Below the pieces are notes generated by a model that ran no database searches, was not told the DNA's origin, and saw only the letters and a program-made list of their open reading frames with translations. The position numbers were made by a program, and so were the translations under genes. From contig CBDCEW010000103.1 in assembly GCA_965215885.1 (NCBI GenBank), forward strand, positions 146,638-210,637: DNA of 64,000 bases, read 5' to 3'. Below, piece by piece: positions 60,177 to 64,000 of the stretch (the first letter of the stretch is position 1; every line of letters starts with the position of its first letter). This DNA comes from Candidatus Moanibacter sp. Its GTDB lineage: Bacteria > Verrucomicrobiota > Verrucomicrobiia > Opitutales > UBA2987.

Positions 60177-62264
60177 TTAGAACGGTGTTGAAGATATCGC
60201 CGTCTTGATAAGCCGGAGCGCGATCGTGGCCATTCCAATCAAGCCGACTCCGGTATAGTAACCGGCAAGGAGGGCGGGTGCGAGTCGCAGAACATTCCTG
60301 GCGCCGTACTTCTTATGCAAATAAAATCGACCCACGAGAGCGCCGACCACCTCAAGAATCATCTGGTGAGGCAACTCGCCGAATCCCCGTATCATTCCGT
60401 AAACGAGCATCACGGGAAGTCCAAAAAAACTGAGAATCGTGTAGATTACAATCGTCCCGACAAACCCCGCACCGATGACCTTGGGATGGACCGCCTTCAT
60501 GAATTCGCTGTCCATGATGCTCTTGTCCGACGGATCCTCACCCGGAGCGACAAAAGTTGATGAATAGAGCAGGGTCTGATTCTTGGCCGTAAGCTCCCAT
60601 CGGATTTGAGCGGCGGGAAAAAGATCCGACGGTACTGCATCTGACTTCCAGATAAAGCTCCAGAACGTAAGGGAAAGAATAAAGAGTGTGGGCAGGGCGA
60701 TTAGATCCGTCTTTACGAGCGACCAGAAACTAACTCCGGTCAGTTCGTTGACGCGAAAGGACTGTGCCTGTTCTCCGTAATTGTCGATCGGGATCGGCGC
60801 CAGCCAGATTTCGACGCCACGGGCGCCCGACAGCAGAAAGGCCGCTTCCTTGATGTGGGGAATTTCCACATGCTGGCCCGAAATGCCGAGGAGGCGGGCA
60901 TTGACGTAGGAAATGAAGGGATTGTAGAGGAACGCAAAGAAGACCAGGAAGAAGAGAATCCCTACCGCTCTTGGAAGCAGAAACCACGATAACCCGACCA
61001 TCGCCGAAGCGGAGATGGCGTAGACCATCAAGGCCATCCATAGCGAGTAGTCGCCACGTCCTTCGACCGGCGGCGCCCAGACGTCTTCTCGATCGTCTTT
61101 ATCGGAGCGATTCTGTCGGACCTCCCTGAACTTCCCTCGGACATCGCGCACAGTCGCGTAGACGCATACGCAGGCAATCCCTAATCCGGAGCCGACCGTA
61201 AAACTCAACCAGAAATCGATGCTGTTCGCAAAGGTCGTATTGACCGTATCCATTCCGGATTGCCACGTATGCAGAATTCCGAAGGCGTGCAGGGTCGGGT
61301 TGAGTACTATCGTTAGGAGAATCGCAAAAAATGTACCCATGACCGACCAGAATGGCAGGACAAACCCCAGAAATACGATACCGAGATCAAATACAATTCC
61401 GGTCGGAGTAGCCGGCAGGAGTCCCTCGCTGAGCACTGTCGTGTCGATGAAAGGCTGGGGTATGAGATAAAACGGCTTGGCCAGGAAAAGCCCTGTAATC
61501 GCCGGAATCCCCACCTGAATCATGCCAAAGGCGATGCCCACATAGGCGCCCAGCGAAAAAATGCGCCAGCGAGGACTCTTCGGTTTGAGCTCGGGACGGA
61601 CGTAGCTGGCCGGACCGGAAGCCGAGGCGCTGGTCTCTTCATCCGCTTCGGCCAGCGCCATTGCCCCCTGCGCCTTGATCGGCGCAAGCGGAAAGGGGAG
61701 ATTCTCGATATCCGAAGTGAGCCGAAAGAAAAAGTAACCGAGGGTGTACCGCTGAAACGTCGATATCACCATTATGAACAGCACGATACCGATGGGGATG
61801 TACCAATCGGGGTGCAGGAGATTCCGCTCCAGGATCGCCGGGCTGTCATGAGCCGGCGCAAACCACGTGGGAAAAGCGCCCAGCATCCCCGCATCCCTGA
61901 CCACTTCACTTCCTACAAAGTAAGCCCGATAGACCAGGTGCCCCATCGGCCCGCCCGGAAACAGCACATGACCTGCCATCATCACGTGCGCCGCGTGCAA
62001 CAGGATCACCAGGTTCTGTTTGGAGAGCGGTTGTAGCGCCCTTCGGGCAATCTCCATAAACAGAATGACCGTCACCCAGGACGCCGCCATGCCCAGGTTG
62101 TGCCCCGTCATCAATCCCAGAAAAATGCCACCGGGCATCATGATCAGGCCGCAAAAGATGATACCCGCAACGGTCGTCCAACCGAAGCCCTCTTTAAATT
62201 CGCTCGGGGTCTCGAGAAGCGATCGGTATTGCTCTATTTCTTTATCGTGGGTATCCGTGGCCAT
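60177..62264 (-). CDS. Polytopic membrane protein, OPT/peptide-transporter-like
   Basis: 695 aa with many TM segments; LPFPLAP and ILFMEIARR motifs resemble OPT-like proteins. Confidence 0.6.
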   Translation of the reverse strand: MATDTHDKEIEQYRSLLETPSEFKEGFGWTTVAGIIFCGLIMMPGGIFLGLMTGHNLGMAASWVTVILFMEIARRALQPLSKQNLVILLHAAHVMMAGHVLFPGGPMGHLVYRAYFVGSEVVRDAGMLGAFPTWFAPAHDSPAILERNLLHPDWYIPIGIVLFIMVISTFQRYTLGYFFFRLTSDIENLPFPLAPIKAQGAMALAEADEETSASASGPASYVRPELKPKSPRWRIFSLGAYVGIAFGMIQVGIPAITGLFLAKPFYLIPQPFIDTTVLSEGLLPATPTGIVFDLGIVFLGFVLPFWSVMGTFFAILLTIVLNPTLHAFGILHTWQSGMDTVNTTFANSIDFWLSFTVGSGLGIACVCVYATVRDVRGKFREVRQNRSDKDDREDVWAPPVEGRGDYSLWMALMVYAISASAMVGLSWFLLPRAVGILFFLVFFAFLYNPFISYVNARLLGISGQHVEIPHIKEAAFLLSGARGVEIWLAPIPIDNYGEQAQSFRVNELTGVSFWSLVKTDLIALPTLFILSLTFWSFIWKSDAVPSDLFPAAQIRWELTAKNQTLLYSSTFVAPGEDPSDKSIMDSEFMKAVHPKVIGAGFVGTIVIYTILSFFGLPVMLVYGMIRGFGELPHQMILEVVGALVGRFYLHKKYGARNVLRLAPALLAGYYTGVGLIGMATIALRLIKTAISSTPF

Positions 62265-62611
62265 TGCCTCGCAATATGCTACTCCTCGCTGATCAATTCA
62301 AATTCGGTTTGGATGTATGAAATCTTCGGGATATGTGCAAGGCGGTTTCACGCCCTTCCGTGACTACCGTCTCACTCCCAACAGAGAACAGTCAGGAGAC
62401 CACGGGTGTGTTTTCCCCTCCTGGTAAAGGTTTGGCGTGCCTTTGATTGCTGGCTGCCCCGGTAACGCTAAACGGTTATCCCCTCCTGGGAGGGGCAGAG
62501 GTGGGTTTTTTCCAAGCCGGATTCCACATTCAAAAAGATATTAGCCGGTTACCCGTGACTGTCGTGCAATTGAATTTGCTCCGGACGGCTAACTCTGTCA
62601 CTTGGGGAGTC

Positions 62612-63379
62612 ATGGAATGGGGCGACCTGAACTCCTGGCAATGGCTGATCGGCTGCTTTGGCGCCTTGTTAGTCGGTCTTGGCAAAGGGGGAGTTCCCGG
62701 TATCGGTTACCTCGCGTCGGGTATCTATGCTTTGACATTTCCCGCCAGGGAATCGGTTGGTTTGTTGCTTCCAGTCTTGATGTGTGCCGATGTGGTGGCG
62801 GTCACGATCTACAGGCGCCACGCCGAGTGGAAGTATCTTTTGCGTCTATTCCCGTGGACCGGAGCCGGTGTCATCGTCGGCTACTTTGCCATGGACCATA
62901 TCGACGACCAGGGAGTCCGCCACCTCATTGGCACCATTTTTCTGGCCATGATGGTCATTCATTTTTTTCGCAAGTGGCAACTCCGTCGTTTGGTGGAAAA
63001 TGCGCCGGACCCGCTCCCTCACAGCCTCGCATTTGTCGCCTTTCTCGGTCTTCTCGGCGGATTTGTCACTATGGTAGCGAATGCCGCCGGTACCGTACTT
63101 GCCCTTTACCTGCTGGCGGTGGGTCTTCCGAAAATGAAATTCATCGGGACCGGAGCGTGGTTTTACCTGATTGTCAATTGCTACAAAATCCCCTTCCAGG
63201 CAGGGCTGGGAATACTAACGACCAATTCGTTGGCACTCAGCTTGACTTTTGGTATCTTTGCTGTCGGGGGCGCTCTCATCGGCCCCATTATCGTCAGGTG
63301 GATTAATCAGAGGCTTTTCGAATTCCTGGTCTGGATTTTTGTCGCGATGGCAGCTCTCAAACTACTTGAAATCGTATGA
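62612..63379 (+). CDS. TauE/SafE (TSUP) family permease
   Basis: GLGKGG.PG, SVGLLLP.L..AD and TMVANAAG motifs; start likely at 62612. Confidence 0.85.
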   Translation: MEWGDLNSWQWLIGCFGALLVGLGKGGVPGIGYLASGIYALTFPARESVGLLLPVLMCADVVAVTIYRRHAEWKYLLRLFPWTGAGVIVGYFAMDHIDDQGVRHLIGTIFLAMMVIHFFRKWQLRRLVENAPDPLPHSLAFVAFLGLLGGFVTMVANAAGTVLALYLLAVGLPKMKFIGTGAWFYLIVNCYKIPFQAGLGILTTNSLALSLTFGIFAVGGALIGPIIVRWINQRLFEFLVWIFVAMAALKLLEIV

Positions 63380-63545
63380 AAATCGACTGTCAGAGTCACA
63401 TTGAGAAAGAGTGACCCAAAGGCTTAGAAAGGTAGACGCGCTCGTAAGAGCGTGGAAGGTCTCCTTACGGCCACCCTGCCGTACCGCAGGGTCGATACCC
63501 GATCCAATCCTGAGCATGGCGGCACATCAATCAGGCCTCCTCATT

Positions 63546-63649
63546 TAGGAGCGGCTTAACGCCGCGAAGAGGTGTTCAATCCCCCACCCAGCTTTAGAAC
63601 TCAGTATTGAAGCCGGTCTTACTGATAGCGGAATAAATCCGCTCCTACA
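63546..63649. repeat. GTAGGAGCGG-type REP inverted pair (REPIN-like)
   Basis: TAGGAGCGGCTTAACGCCGCGA ... TAGCGGAATAAATCCGCTCCTACA. Confidence 0.65.
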
Positions 63650-63921
63650 CCTTGCGGCGATGAGCACTCATTGCTCGGTTCTCTACATTCTGATCAGCTT
63701 AACTATGCAGCCATGAAAGAACACAAGAATAGAGAGAGGGAAGTATGAAAGGGATTGACTACCGCATTCCGCCCAACGCCGAGATTCGGCTAAATCCGAT
63801 AGGAAGTCGCTCAAAAAAAGATAGCGATAGCATGTGAGTTTGTCCATAGCTCTTTAACCCGGAAATCTTGCAAGAATTCCGATTCGACGGCGAAACCGCA
63901 TTGTAACTGTTTGATCTTCTC

Positions 63922-64000
63922 ATGGCCATACCACTGAGAGCCGTTCTTCTCGCAATCTTCATTCACACCCTCTGGGGTGGAAATCCCGTGGCGGTCAAGT
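63922..64000 (+). CDS. DMT/EamA-family transporter, 5' end (runs off window)
   Basis: Manual translation MAIPLRAVLLAIFIHTLWGGNPVAVK (LWG.N..A.K motif). Confidence 0.65.
   Translation, partial: MAIPLRAVLLAIFIHTLWGGNPVAVK

Overview
Bacterial chromosomal window, probably from a PVC-superphylum organism such as Verrucomicrobia/Opitutales (inferred from gene content and repeat style; not proven). Housekeeping genes (amtB 5' end with a sigma54 promoter, aroC, hisH/hisF, suhB, fliA, nadB, a degenerate panC, dapL, glcB) are interleaved with accessory loci. These are an S8 protease, a PQQ dehydrogenase with a dihaem cytochrome c, a YbjQ-YbjQ-M48 triad, a putative methylamine/N-methylglutamate operon (gmaS-mgsABC, hypothetical, FAD oxidoreductase, Amt-like permease) and an unexplained OPT-like + FtsX permease + two ABC ATPases + PqqD/RRE cluster. 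Mobile DNA is dense: two ISL3 copies, an IS5/ISNCY-like element splitting galM (plus a decayed second copy), an IS4, a two-ORF frameshifting Mutator-like IS and a REP-associated tyrosine transposase. Most striking are many non-coding palindromic repeat families, including two apparently unrelated families whose copies are all exactly 182 bp and show compensatory base-pair changes. No CRISPR array, rRNA or tRNA was recognised. All calls are by eye from the sequence and ORF track; no database searches were run.
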